A stretch of DNA of 64,000 nucleotides, taken from Octopus sinensis (lineage: Eukaryota). The stretch is taken from assembly GCF_006345805.1 (NCBI RefSeq), contig NW_021832391.1, positions 1,198-65,197 on the forward strand. The letters run 5' to 3'. Position numbers and translations under genes: made by a program. The number at the start of each line of letters is the position of its first letter. Position 1 is the stretch's first letter. Positions 1 through 13,714 of the stretch are shown here, in pieces. The notes below the pieces were generated by a model. That model made no database searches. It saw only the letters and a list, made by a program, of their open reading frames with translations, and was not told where the DNA came from.

Positions 1-554
1 CTATATGTGTGTGTGTGAATGTATTTAAGTACAGATGTATGTATGTGTTCATATATGTATGTATGAGATACATACATATATATGATGTCATGTCCGCAGC
101 TGTCCTCTTGGCTGAAGACATATATGTGTATGTATTTTCTGAATGGTATGCCACTTTTGGAGAATTCTTGATTCTTAAGAATACTGCCTTTTGTATTCTC
201 TTTAAATTTTGGTTCCAATGGCCATCAGGCAATTGGTTTTCACTCTCTTCGAGTGGAAGTGATTTCAGTAGATCAAGAATTTATCCTGCATGTATTTGAT
301 ATACTATCATTCATTCTTGTTGTTACAAAAAGAAAAAGAAACCGCTTTGAGTTAATCCTCATGGCTCATCTTGACTGTATGTGTGTATATGTACGTGTGT
401 GTATAAGTGTGTGTGTGTGTGTGTGTCTTAGTGTTTTTGTATTGTGCAATAGATGCAAATGAATGTCGATGTCATGTTATTAGTGTCCTTCATTTTTCCA
501 ATCTTCCATAGAACATGTCTGGCTAGAAAGAAATATTATCTTACTTGGAAACGG

Positions 555-662
555 TTGGGTTGGCATCAGGAAGGGCATTCAGCCTTAGAAAAGCTGCCTC
601 CGCAATGTCTTTCTGACCCATGCAAACATAGAAAAGTAGGCGTTAAGAATGATGATGATTAT
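555..662 (+). mobile_element. RTE-related SINE/LINE 3' tail fragment
   Basis: GGTTGGCATCAGGAAGGGCAT...GACCCATGC...CGTTAAGAATGATGATGAT resembles the RTE tail at 18540-18705 and ends in (GAT)n. Confidence 0.5.
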
Positions 663-1265
663 AATGTGCAGGTGTGTATGTGCACATGCACACACATATC
701 CCCCTCACCACATCCATTGCCATTTAAGTTTTATATATGACGAATTGCCAGTATTTAGAAGTTTTTGTGTATTGAAATTATATCATTTGTTATGAATCTT
801 GGGTCTGAGTGTTACATAGTAGAAAACAAAAGTTGAGATATTGTTAAGATATTTAGTTTACATCATCTTACGTACATTTTATTAACTTAAAGTAGTTATT
901 AGTTACATAATCAAGATTTATTATCAAATCATCAGAGATATGTAATATCTTGGAGGTGATTCATGATTGTTCCTAAAGTGCTATGAAAGACATTATATAG
1001 ATGTCAGTTTGGGGAAATCAACAAAGCAAAGTATAAGGTGGTGTTGGTGGACAGACAGGAGAAAAAAGTTTTCTGCACACATGGGAAAGAAAAAAGATTG
1101 AGGACTTTAAATATTTCTAGCAGGTTTAAAAAAAAGAAATTAATTTACTCATTGAAGCAAGTCTATGATTTCTTGTAAAAAAAATTCCCAAATCTTTCTA
1201 TTTCTATCATAATAGCTCCAGTTAAATGTATTATCAAAACTTAGTTAATTAGCTAGAAATATTGC

Positions 1266-1590
1266 TGGTGGCATGTGAAAAGCAACATTTGAGCGTGGTC
1301 ATTGCCAGTGCTGCTGGACTGGCTCCCGTGCAGTTAGTATGTAAAAAACACCTTTTGTATGTAGTCGTTGTCAGAACCGTGTGACTGGCCCTCATGCTGA
1401 TGACATGTAAAAGCACCCACTACACTCTTGGAGTGATTGGTGTTAGGGAGGGCATCCAGTTGTAGAAACTTTGCCAGATCAGATTGAGCCTGGTGCAGCC
1501 TTCAGGTTTTGCCAGTCCTCAGTCAAACCATCCAGCCCATGCCAGCATGGCAAGCGGACGTTAAATGACAACGACGATGATGATGATGGT
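1266..1590 (+). mobile_element. 5'-truncated RTE 3' UTR copy
   Basis: Aligns by eye to 18300-18705 (CACCCACTACACTC, GGGCATCCAG, CCATGC-AGCATGG, GGACGTTAAA, (GAT)n end). Confidence 0.7.
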
Positions 1591-2164
1591 TTCATCCATG
1601 AAATAGAAGCATATACTATATTAACGCACCAATTTCTGGTATGTATATAACTAAATAGTAGGATTTTGCCCATGAATTGTAAGTGTTTATTATGCCAACA
1701 ATAATAATGTGCATGTATGAATGTGTGCTTGTGGGCATGTTTCTATCTATATGGGTATTTATACAGGTTTGGAAAAGACTGCATTATATACATATGTCAA
1801 TTAAGTCTTGATCTTTGTCTATGTGGTAACATAGATATATGAGTAGGTATTTATGTATACACATAGATATGCGCACATACACACACACACATGAATATAT
1901 TTATATAGAGAGGTATAAAATGCTTTTAGTACTGTACAGAATAATATATTAGTGATGATATAGGGTTTGTCATGGATTAACTTCAAATGTATGCATGTGT
2001 ATACATGTGTGTATATACACATATGACTGATGTTGTTTGTATGCTTGGGTGTGTAAGTTTGCACACATGCATATTTGTATAGATCAGAAATGCTGCAGGT
2101 GAGTCATACAGGATCTAACATCTATATGTGCATAGCTGTATGTGAGCACATATATGGAGTCTAT

Positions 2165-2342
2165 GTGGGTATATATATATGTGAATGTGTGTGTGTGTGT
2201 GTATATATGTATATGTATGTATGTAATATATATATATATATATGTATGTGTGTATATATATGTATATATGTGTGTATATATATATGTATATATGTGTGTA
2301 TATATATATGTATATATGTGTGTATATATATGTATGTATATA

Positions 2343-2397
<55 letters not shown>

Positions 2398-2410
2398 TCA
2401 CACACATACA
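2165..2410. repeat. (TA)n/(TG)n compound microsatellite
   Basis: Direct sequence; source of the YI/CV-rich ORFs here. Confidence 0.95.
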
Positions 2411-3433
2411 CAATCACACGTTTATATTTGCTGATGTAAACATATGTATGATATGCAGCTGACTAAACAACATGTATCCTTTGCTAAATTTTATGGCTTT
2501 CTTAACTTAATGAGCAACAAGGAAAAACAACTGATTAGAAGAAACAATAACATGATTAATGGGAAAATGTCCTGACATGTCTATTATTATAGACAATCTC
2601 TCATAATATTATTCCTTCTGTCTACCTTCCATTTGATACCTAATACAAAGTACTTCCCCTGAAATGGGGAATTCTGTCATTTTCTGTCCAATAATGTTAC
2701 ATATAAAAGTTACATCTCTCTGATGATTGGACAATAAGTCTTGAATATGAAACTAATAATCATCTTATGTTAATGACATGTAATCTAGTGTAACTAAATC
2801 TTATAAGTGATCTCCCTTGTTTTGATTTGTATGACACACACGTTCATATGATGACTACAACGCAATTTTGAGTAAGGCTTCATTGTTCTCTTAAAGCAGC
2901 ACAGATGTGGCTTTTCATGCCTTCTAAGGACCTAGAGTCTTTTGTGAAAATATAGCAATGATGGGCACCTCTTGGTGCAGGTGTTCAGGGAGCACAGAGA
3001 GCATAACATATGCTGAAACATTCCATCATGAAATTCTTCATTGAGTGTTTTGCCTTTCTCAGTTACAACTATACACAGTATGCAATACTTTATAGAGATG
3101 AAACGATATCCTTGCCTGAAGTTTTCTAAATTAACGAAAAGCCTTGCACAGGACCATTCCAACTCTCTCAACACTTTATGCATTTGCCTGTGTGTGTGTG
3201 TACACATGTATATGTTTATATTTGCTGACGTAAACGTATGTATGGTATGCAGCTGACTAAACAACATGTACCCTTTGCTAAATTTTATGACTTAAGAAAC
3301 AATGAGCTGTGACATTTATGTATATATTTTCGTGTGTGTGTGTGTTTCTTGGAAAATTTAGATGTATGATAGCTTCTGAAATGTACTATATATATATATG
3401 TAGTATATTTATTGTGTATATATATATATATGT

Positions 3434-3470
<37 letters not shown>

Positions 3471-3605
3471 ATATATATATATATATATGTTGTATATATA
3501 TATATATATGTTGTATATATATAGATATATATATATGTTGTATATATAGATATATATATATATGTTGTATATATATTGTGTATATATATATATGTTGTAT
3601 ATATC

Positions 3606-3960
3606 TCTATATATATATAAAACTGAGAATGTGTGTCTGTCTGTGTGTTTCCCCTAAAACTTGAGAACTACACAACCAATTTCATTCAAATTTTACACAT
3701 GCCTTGCTTAGGGTCCGGGGAGTGTCATCAGAAAAAAGCCCACAGCAATATCATATCTTCTCCACTATGATTCCCTAAAACTTGAGAACTACAAAACTAA
3801 TTTCATTCAAATTTTACACATGCCTTACTTAGGGTCCATGTAGTTTCATGGGCAAAAAAATGTTCAACTTCTTGCCTAGGGCGAGCCCATAGCAATATCA
3901 TATCTTCTCCACTATTTCAGTATTACATGTTAAAAGTGAAACAAAAACATTTCTCTATTT
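3606..3960 (+). mobile_element. Non-autonomous Helitron 5' portion with internal ~120-bp duplication
   Basis: Starts TCTATATATATATAAAACTG, like the 5' end of the complete Helitron at 50315-50946; CCCTAAAACTTGAGAACTAC...TAGGGTCC occurs near 3650 and 3772; no CTAG end seen. Confidence 0.5.
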
Positions 3961-4164
3961 TATGTCAGATATTTTCACTTTAACAATACAAATTAGAGAT
4001 AATAATAACAATTGAATTATATGTAGTAAGTAATAATTAAAATCAAACTGAAGTATAATATAATAATTAAATCGTAACATAACAATTAACACCACCAAAT
4101 GAAATAAAAAATTAAATTAAAGAAAAGACTATTGTCTATAAAGTATATAATGTAGAGAAAATAA

Positions 4165-4480
4165 AAGATTTCAACATCTGGAGGAAAGCAGCATCGAAAA
4201 GTGTCTTTGTGCGTCTATGAACGATGCGGTAAATTCGCCACAATAGAAGCAAGGTTCAAGTCAACGGAGCGTGCAAGGAAGTACTCGACTCAAACCTTGC
4301 AAAGTGGAAATATTTTATTTTTACCTTTACATCTGGGACATAGGACGTCCCGGATAAAAATTAAAAATGTCCCTCCAGAAGTAGAGGTAGGCTGGATTGT
4401 AGCCTCACTTCTATACAAGAGGGAGGACAAGATACAATTGATCGAAATTGCAAAAGACAGGCCTACAGTCTGTTGTATAT
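4165..4480 (+). pseudogene. Probable LINE ORF1-like fragment
   Basis: Non-repetitive frame [19 protein letters not shown]...[12 protein letters not shown] resembles retroelement ORF1 RRM-like segments from memory; not verified. Confidence 0.3.
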
Positions 4481-4544
4481 TTTGAGTATTGTTATCACTA
4501 GCGATATCAAGATATAACTTTGTATTTTGTATTTTATGTGTAGA

Positions 4545-4656
4545 TGTATATATATAGATGTACATGTAATATGTACACACATATATATATATATATGTTG
4601 TATATATATACATATATATATATATGTTGTATATATATACATATATATATATGTTG

Positions 4657-4687
<31 letters not shown>

Positions 4688-4702
4688 GTGTATATATATA
4701 TA

Positions 4703-4749
<47 letters not shown>

Positions 4750-4857
4750 ATATATATACATGTATATATATATACATATATATATACATGTATATATATA
4801 TACATATATATATACATATATATATATACATATATATATATACATATATATATATAC

Positions 4858-4910
<53 letters not shown>
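4545..4910. repeat. (TA)n/(TATAC)n microsatellite
   Basis: Direct sequence. Confidence 0.95.
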
Positions 4911-4914
4911 CCTC

Positions 4915-7900
4915 CAGCCAAAAACTGCTCCCTAAGCAGGAAAATTCTTTTTTAGCCATGTTGAACATGGCAAAAGAGATACACAAAAACATTCTAGCCA
5001 TCACTCAACACCATCCTATGCTATTACCCCAGTGCACCAATTCCCCACATTGCTGCCACTAACACACACAAAAAATCCAAGCCCCCTGCAACAGTCAAAA
5101 CCAGCCACTACACTAACCTCCACATTCCTACTCAATGCACAAGGTGTCAGCCCTTCCATCAATGCACAAAAATGGAAGGTCCAATTCATTGAAGACTGGG
5201 TTGGTAACCATTCACACCACATCCCTTTCTTCATTCTCACTGAGACCCACCTTGACAACTCCCACTTGGAAGCCGAAGTGAGAGTGAAGAATTTCACAAC
5301 CATCCGCGCGGATCGTATCGGCATGAGGAAGGGTGGAACTGCCATTTTCCTGCATGATTCATTTACGGCAGATGGAAATAGTATATTCTCCAACGGCTAC
5401 TGTGAATCAGTCACCGTGCACAACAAAGCCAATGACCTGACAGTAATTGGGCTCTATAGGCCGCCCCAAACCCCATACTGTGCTTTAAAGAATGCCTCAA
5501 CAGCATTAAGTGCTTTATTCAACAGTGCCATTCTAGCAACATACTCATGATGGGAGACTTCAATCTACCCTGTGTTGACTGGACTACAAACTGTTTGAAA
5601 CCAAGCACTCCCGCCTCAACCGCTGACAAAGAAGCAGCAGAGTCACTTTTCGACTTTACGAATGAGTTTTTCTTGTCCCAACTTGTCCTTGCACCAAGAC
5701 ATCAGCACATTTTGGACCTAGTGTTTAGTAACCACACTAACACTATACATAACGTTACAGTGGAAAAAACCCTTCTTTCAGACCATGACATGGTTCTCTG
5801 TAACATGAAATTCCACCAGCCGAAAGCTAATCCTAGTGACCTTCCTCCAGCCCACCCATTTGACAACATGGATCTCCATAATGCCAACTGGGATGCAATC
5901 AGGAACGAGCTATCACATGTTGACTGGTCCTTTACACATACACGCATCTCCACCAACCATAAAACATCTTGGCAGATCTTTGTAGACACACCGTCACAGA
6001 CATATGTGCAAAACACTCCCCACCAAGACCTGTGAACAAAAAGTGCAGAATCCCCCAAAACAGAAAAACCATTATCAGAAAAATAAAAAGAACAAACAAA
6101 AAAATTAACAAACTAAAGTACTGCCAACAGCAACACACACATTCGACGGCTATCGCACTGCTTGAATCCAAAAAATATAACCTCCAACAATGCATGAAGA
6201 CCCTCATCAATAACCAAAGATCAGCTGAGGAGAAGTGGGCCATTGAAAAAATCAAACTCAACCCCAAAGTGTTCTTTTCATTTGCGAGGAAACGCAGGGT
6301 CACTGTCTCCACTGTTGGCCCTCTAATTGATGAAACTGGCACTCTCCAAGATAATGCCAAATCCATGGCCGAGATACTGCAGAAACAATACTGCTCTGTT
6401 TTCAGCAATCCTGATATGGCCGATCTGGGCTGTATCAGTGATGTCAACCCCCAACACACTATATCGGACATAACGTTTAGTGCCCCTGATGTCTTAGCGG
6501 CGATAAACGAAATAAAACACAATTCAGCAGTAGGCCCCGATAGGTTCCCTGCTTGTGTCCTGAAGGTGTGTCGACACCAACTTGCATCTCCCCTTGCTAA
6601 TCTGTGGAGAAACTCACTGGATGCTGGCTATATTCCAAAAAACCTTCTGTCCCAGTCTGTTGTCCCAGTTTTCAAAAAGGGAAACAAGTCCCTTGCAGTG
6701 AATTACCGTCCGATCTCACTCACCTCTCATATCATCAAGGTATTTGAGAGGGTGGTGAGATCTCGAATAACCCAATTTCTGGAAAGCAACAGACGGCTGA
6801 TCTCCAACCAACATGGGTTCCGTAATGGAAGGGACTGCCTAACGCAGCTCCTGCATCACTTTGAGGACATTTTGAGAGCTTTGGGAGAGGGCTCCAACAC
6901 CGATGTCATCTACCTTGATTTCAGTAAGGCCTTCGACAGGGTCGATCACAAGATCCTATTGAAAAAACTATCCAACATTGGTGTCTCTGGAAAGTTACTG
7001 AAATGGATCAAGTGTTTCCTGACAGACAGATCTCAACATGTTGTAGTTGAAGGGGTAAAATCAAGCCCAGCCAAAGTCAGTAGTGGCGTTCCGCAAGGCA
7101 CTGTGCTGGGCCCACTTCTTTTCATCATTTACATTAATGACATTAATGACATCATCAAGCACAGCAACATAAAAATTTTTGCAGATGACTCCAAGCTACA
7201 GAAGGTCATAAATGAGGCGACTGACCGGACATGCCTTCAGTCAGATCTACTAGCTGTTATCCAATGGGCAGAAAAAAACAATATGCTGCTGAACGAGGAT
7301 AAATTTGAGCTAATCCACTTTGGAAAAGAGGATGCCCTGAAACTCCCATACTCCCTTCCTTCAGGTGAAACTCTCGCGGCGTCCAACAACATCAGAGACT
7401 TGGGAGTAATTGTGGACAACAACATAAGCTGGGCCACTCATATAAACACCAAAGTTGACATGGCCCGCAGAATGTGTTCCGGATTCTCAGAACTTTCCAG
7501 TCGAGAGATATCCACACCATTATCCTTCTCTTCTCCACTTTTGCCCGACCCCACCTTGAATACTGTTGTCCACTGTGGTCTCCCCACAATACAAGGTATC
7601 ATAAAAGTTGAAGCACCTCAAAGGGCAATCACAAAAAAATAGATGGCATGACAGGCCTCGACTATTGGGGTCGACTAGAAAAGCTAAAACTCTTTTCTCT
7701 CCAATGTCGTCGTGAGCGCTACACATCTCTGCATGATTGGAAAATATTCCATCAGCATTGCCCAAATGATGTTGGCATCACCTTTAAGGTATAACCAAGG
7801 CTTGGGCTCCGTGCCATCCGCCCAAAACAAAAATCGCACTCTCATCTCATAACAACAATACGGCACAATTATTTCACCTCAATTGGCCCCGCTCTCTTTA

Positions 7901-8135
7901 ACATTACACCAAAACACATTAAAACAGAAACTGACCCTATAGGGTTCAAGAAGTCTTTGACAGATTCCTTCAAGAAATCCCGGATAAACCCCCTAGACCC
8001 GGATATGTCTCTGTAAACAATAACTCTCTACTTGAGTAGGCCATAGTGCCAAATTCTGACTTGAAAGACTTCACCAGGTGGTGCTATTAAGTTAGACATG
8101 GCCTGGGCCAATAATAGCCGAAACCTATCAAAGTA
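4915..8135 (+). mobile_element. CR1-group LINE, near-complete ORF2 (APE endonuclease + RT) and 3' tail, frameshifted
   Basis: EN motifs LTETHL, GGTAIF, LYRPP, GDFNLP, LDLVFSN, SDHDMV; RT motifs YRPISLTS, QHGFR, YLDFSKAFD, GVPQGTVLGPLLF, FADD (ORF 5969-7642); tail ends CCGAAACCTATCAAAGTA. Confidence 0.93.
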
Positions 8136-8224
8136 TATATATATATATATCTATATATATAATCATATATATATATATAATATACTTATATATATATATA
8201 CTTATATATATAGTATACATATAT

Positions 8225-8256
<32 letters not shown>

Positions 8257-8319
8257 CTTATATATATATATACATATATATATATATACATATACATATA
8301 TATATATATACATATATAC

Positions 8320-8355
<36 letters not shown>

Positions 8356-8406
8356 ATATACATATATACTATATATACATATATACATATATATTATATA
8401 TACATA

Positions 8407-8444
<38 letters not shown>

Positions 8445-8686
8445 ATAATAATATTAGGAATAAATCCAATTTACAGGAAAAAATCAGATTTAGGATTAAA
8501 TCCAATTTTTATAGTCAAATATTATAAATATTATTAGAGACAAACCCACTAATTTGCAAAACAAACAAGGAAAGACTTAATCAATACATCAAATTTTAAT
8601 AATAGTCAAAAAAACCGCCACTACAATTTTTACTTGTTTTGATCGACAATCTTCAGTGGACTTCCAATTTACAAGTGTCAGTTTCA
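8445..8686 (-). mobile_element. PLE-type terminal repeat, left arm of an inverted pair, degenerate hammerhead motif at 8618-8659
   Basis: 8526-8686 is the reverse complement of 8945-9103; minus strand reads CCA-CTGAAGA-TTGTC-GATCAA-AACAA-GTAAA-AATT-GTA-GTGG. Confidence 0.55.
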
Positions 8687-8710
8687 TATATATATATATA
8701 CATATATTGT

Positions 8711-8768
<58 letters not shown>

Positions 8769-8944
8769 GTATATATTCTATATATGTGTATATATATGTA
8801 TATATATATATATACATATATATATATAATGTATATATATATATATATATATGTATATGTATATATATTATATATATATATATAATGTATGTATATATAT
8901 AATATATATATATATATGTATGTAATATATATATACATATATAT

Positions 8945-9096
8945 TGAAACTGACTTGTAAATTGGAAGTCCACCTGAAGATTTTCGATCAAGACAAGTAA
9001 CCATTGTAGTGCGGTTTTTTTTGACTTTTATTAAAATTTTATGTATTGATTAATCTTTCCTTGTTTGTTTGCAAAATAGTGTTTTTGTCTCTAATA

Positions 9097-9103
<7 letters not shown>
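8945..9103 (+). mobile_element. PLE-type terminal repeat, right arm, degenerate hammerhead motif at 8970-9012
   Basis: CCAC-CTGAAGA-TTTTC-GATCAA-GACAA-GTAAC-CATT-GTA-GTGC. Confidence 0.55.
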
Positions 9104-9152
<49 letters not shown>

Positions 9153-9187
9153 ATATATATATACATATAATATATATATATATATAT

Positions 9188-9382
<195 letters not shown>

Positions 9383-9461
9383 ATATATATAATATACATA
9401 CATATAGATAATATATATATATATATATATATACATATATATACATAATATATATATATAT

Positions 9462-9504
<43 letters not shown>

Positions 9505-9530
9505 TATAGATATACATATATATACATACA

Positions 9531-9568
<38 letters not shown>

Positions 9569-9580
9569 ATATATATATAC

Positions 9581-9612
<32 letters not shown>

Positions 9613-9691
9613 GTATATACATATATATATATATATCTATATATATATACATATAACTCATATATATATATATATATATATATAATACCTA

Positions 9692-9724
<33 letters not shown>

Positions 9725-9769
9725 CATATATATATATCTATATATACATAATATATATATCTATATATA

Positions 9770-9823
<54 letters not shown>

Positions 9824-9879
9824 CATATATAATATATAATATATACATATATATATATAATATATATCAGATTATATAT

Positions 9880-9921
<42 letters not shown>

Positions 9922-9939
9922 TATCTATATATATACATC

Positions 9940-10007
<68 letters not shown>

Positions 10008-10098
10008 GATCTACATATTATACATATAATATAATATAGATATAACCATATATATATATATATATATATACATATATATACATATATATATATATATC

Positions 10099-10142
<44 letters not shown>

Positions 10143-10728
10143 TATATATATTTATATATATATAATATATATATATATACATAGATATATAATAGTATAT
10201 ATAGTGATACAGATATATATATATAATTATATAATAATATAAAATACTATATAGGATATATGTTATATATATTTATATAAGAGATATATAATATCTATAT
10301 AAGATATATTATATATACATAAATATATATATATATACATCTATATACATATATTAATAATACATATATGTATACATATATATATAGATAGCATATTATA
10401 GTATACATATATATAATATATATACAGAATATATACATCTATATATATTATATATATATATACAACTAATATATCTTATATACATATATCCATATATATA
10501 TATATACCAATATAAGATATATTATATATAGATATATATTGTATATATATATATATAGGTAATACGTATATATATAGATATATATATATATATATATATA
10601 TATAGATATAACGATATATATATATATATACGTATATATATATATATACGTATATATATATATATATCCGGTATAATATATATATATATACTTATATATA
10701 TATCTATACGTATATATATATATATATC

Positions 10729-10766
<38 letters not shown>

Positions 10767-10797
10767 TATATATATATATACGTATATATATATCTAC

Positions 10798-10831
<34 letters not shown>

Positions 10832-11617
10832 GTATATATATATATATCTGTATATATCTCTATATAGTATATATATTATATCTATATATATAACTATATA
10901 TATAGTATATCTACGTATATATATATATATATCTAGATATTATCTATATATATATCTCCGTATAATATATATATATATATATGTAAATATACGTATATAT
11001 ATATATATATACTATATATCCGTATATCTATATACTATATATATATATCTATATACGTATTATATATATAGTATATATATATATACGTATATTATCTAAA
11101 TATATATATATACGTATATATAATAGATATAGTACGAAGAATATATATATATATCATCCGTATCTATATAATATAATCTATATATATACGTATATATAAT
11201 ATATATAACTATATATAATACGTATATTCTATATATATATATATACGTATATATATATATATACATATATATATATACGTATAATCGTATATATCCATAT
11301 ATATATACGTATATATATATATATTCTATATATATATATATATATACATAGATATATATATATACATATATATATATATAATAATATACATAATATGTAT
11401 GTATATATATATATGTGTTTGTGTGTGGTACATATTACATGTACACACCACACATATATATAATATATATATATATTATGTATGTATATATATATATGTG
11501 TGTGGTGTGTGTGTACATATTACATGTACACACACACACATATATATATATATGTATATATATATGTATGTATATATCTATATGTGTGTGTGTGTGTTAT
11601 ACATATTACATGTACAC

Positions 11618-11660
<43 letters not shown>

Positions 11661-11704
11661 GTATGTATATTATATGTGTGTGTGTGTGTGTACATATTAC
11701 ATGT

Positions 11705-11764
<60 letters not shown>

Positions 11765-12736
11765 AGTTATAATATATTATGTATATATATATGTGTGTGT
11801 GTGTGTGTACATATTACATGTACACACACACATAATATATATATATATATATATATTGTATAGATATATATATGTATGTATGTATATATATGTGTGTGTG
11901 TGTGTTGTGTACATATTACATGTACACACCACATATATATATTACATATATATATATACATATATAGATATATACATATATATATATGTTGTATATATAT
12001 ATATATAACATATATTATGTGTATATATATATATATACATATATATATGTTGTATATATATAAATACATATATATAGTGTTGTATATAATATATACATAT
12101 CTTATGTTATATATAGATATATATATACATATATATATATATACATATCTATATATGTTGTATATATATATATACGTATATATATATGTCGTATATATAT
12201 ATATATATACATATATATATGTTGTATATATATATATATACATATAATATGTTGTATATATATATAAATACATATATATATGTTGTATATATATATACAT
12301 ATATATAATGTTATATATATATATATACATATATATATATTGTATATATATATATATACATATATATATGTTGTATATATATATATATATTGTATATATA
12401 TAATTGTATATATATATATACATATATATATGTTGTATATATATACATATATATATGTTGTATATCATATATATACATATATTATGTTGTATATATATAT
12501 ATACATATATATATGTTGTATATATATATATATACATATATATATGTTGTATATATATATACATATATATATGTTGTATATATATACATATATATATGTT
12601 GTATATATATATATACATATATATATGTATGTTGTATATATATATATATGTTGTATATATATTTTGTATTATATATATAATATATATATGTTGTATATAT
12701 ATATATATATAATCTATATATTATATATATATATAT

Positions 12737-12967
12737 TGATTGATTGATTGATTGATTTGATTGATTCTAGTTTCAGCTTATGAGCTGTGGCCATGCTGGG
12801 GCACCGCCATTTGGTGTTGCTACTTGGTTTCACTTCATGGAGGCTTTCTAGCAACTGCTATTTGGTGCATGAGAGAGTTTGATGCAGCTGCCCTCATCTG
12901 CCCCTCCTGCCGTGAAGTTGGTTCATCTGGGACACCTGACAGGAAGAGATCCAGCTTCATTTTAAAT
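12737..12967 (-). mobile_element. CR1-group LINE (second family) 3' end with (AATC)n tail
   Basis: Reverse complement matches 24420-24590 (KMKLDLFLSGVPDEP) and continues to the tail GGCGGTGCCCCAGCATGGCC...CTGAAAC. Confidence 0.85.
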
Positions 12968-12984
12968 ATATATGTTGTATATAC

Positions 12985-13050
12985 TTTGATACTTTGATAG
13001 GTTTCGGCCATTATTGGCCCAGGCCATGTCTAACTTAATAGCACGACCTA
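12985..13050 (-). mobile_element. Solo 3' tail of the 4915-8135 CR1 family
   Basis: Reverse complement GTGCTATTAAGTTAGACATGGCCTGGGCCAATAATGGCCGAAACCTATCAAAGTAT is nearly identical to 8081-8135. Confidence 0.85.
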
Positions 13051-13073
13051 TTATATATATATAATATATATTT

Positions 13074-13123
<50 letters not shown>

Positions 13124-13128
13124 ATGTT

Positions 13129-13160
<32 letters not shown>

Positions 13161-13187
13161 ATTACATATATATATATATGTTGTATA

Positions 13188-13218
<31 letters not shown>

Positions 13219-13223
13219 GTTTC

Positions 13224-13263
<40 letters not shown>

Positions 13264-13291
13264 ATATAAATATATATTTACATACATATAC

Positions 13292-13332
<41 letters not shown>

Positions 13333-13637
13333 ATATATATATATATATATATATATTATATTGTTGTATATATATTCTATATATATATATATATATGATT
13401 ATATATTATATATATATATATATTATATATATATGTTGTATATATATATATATATATATGTTTGTATATATATATATATATATATGTTGTATATATATAT
13501 AATATATATTATGTATTATATGTACATATAATATATGTTGTATATACATATATATTATATGTTGTATATATATATATATATATATATGTTGTAATATATC
13601 TATATATATATGTTGTATATATATATATATTGTATAT

Positions 13638-13674
<37 letters not shown>

Positions 13675-13714
13675 TGATATATATATGTGTTGTAAACGGA
13701 CAAAGGTTGCAATC

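Noticed and set aside
80-275. Open minus-strand frame LDLLKSLPLEESENQLPDGHW...
   Set aside because: No usable splice acceptor or start in frame and no recognisable homology; cannot be supported without a search
2415-3300. ~85-bp direct repeat at 2415-2500 and 3215-3300
   Set aside because: A small local duplication next to microsatellites with no element hallmarks
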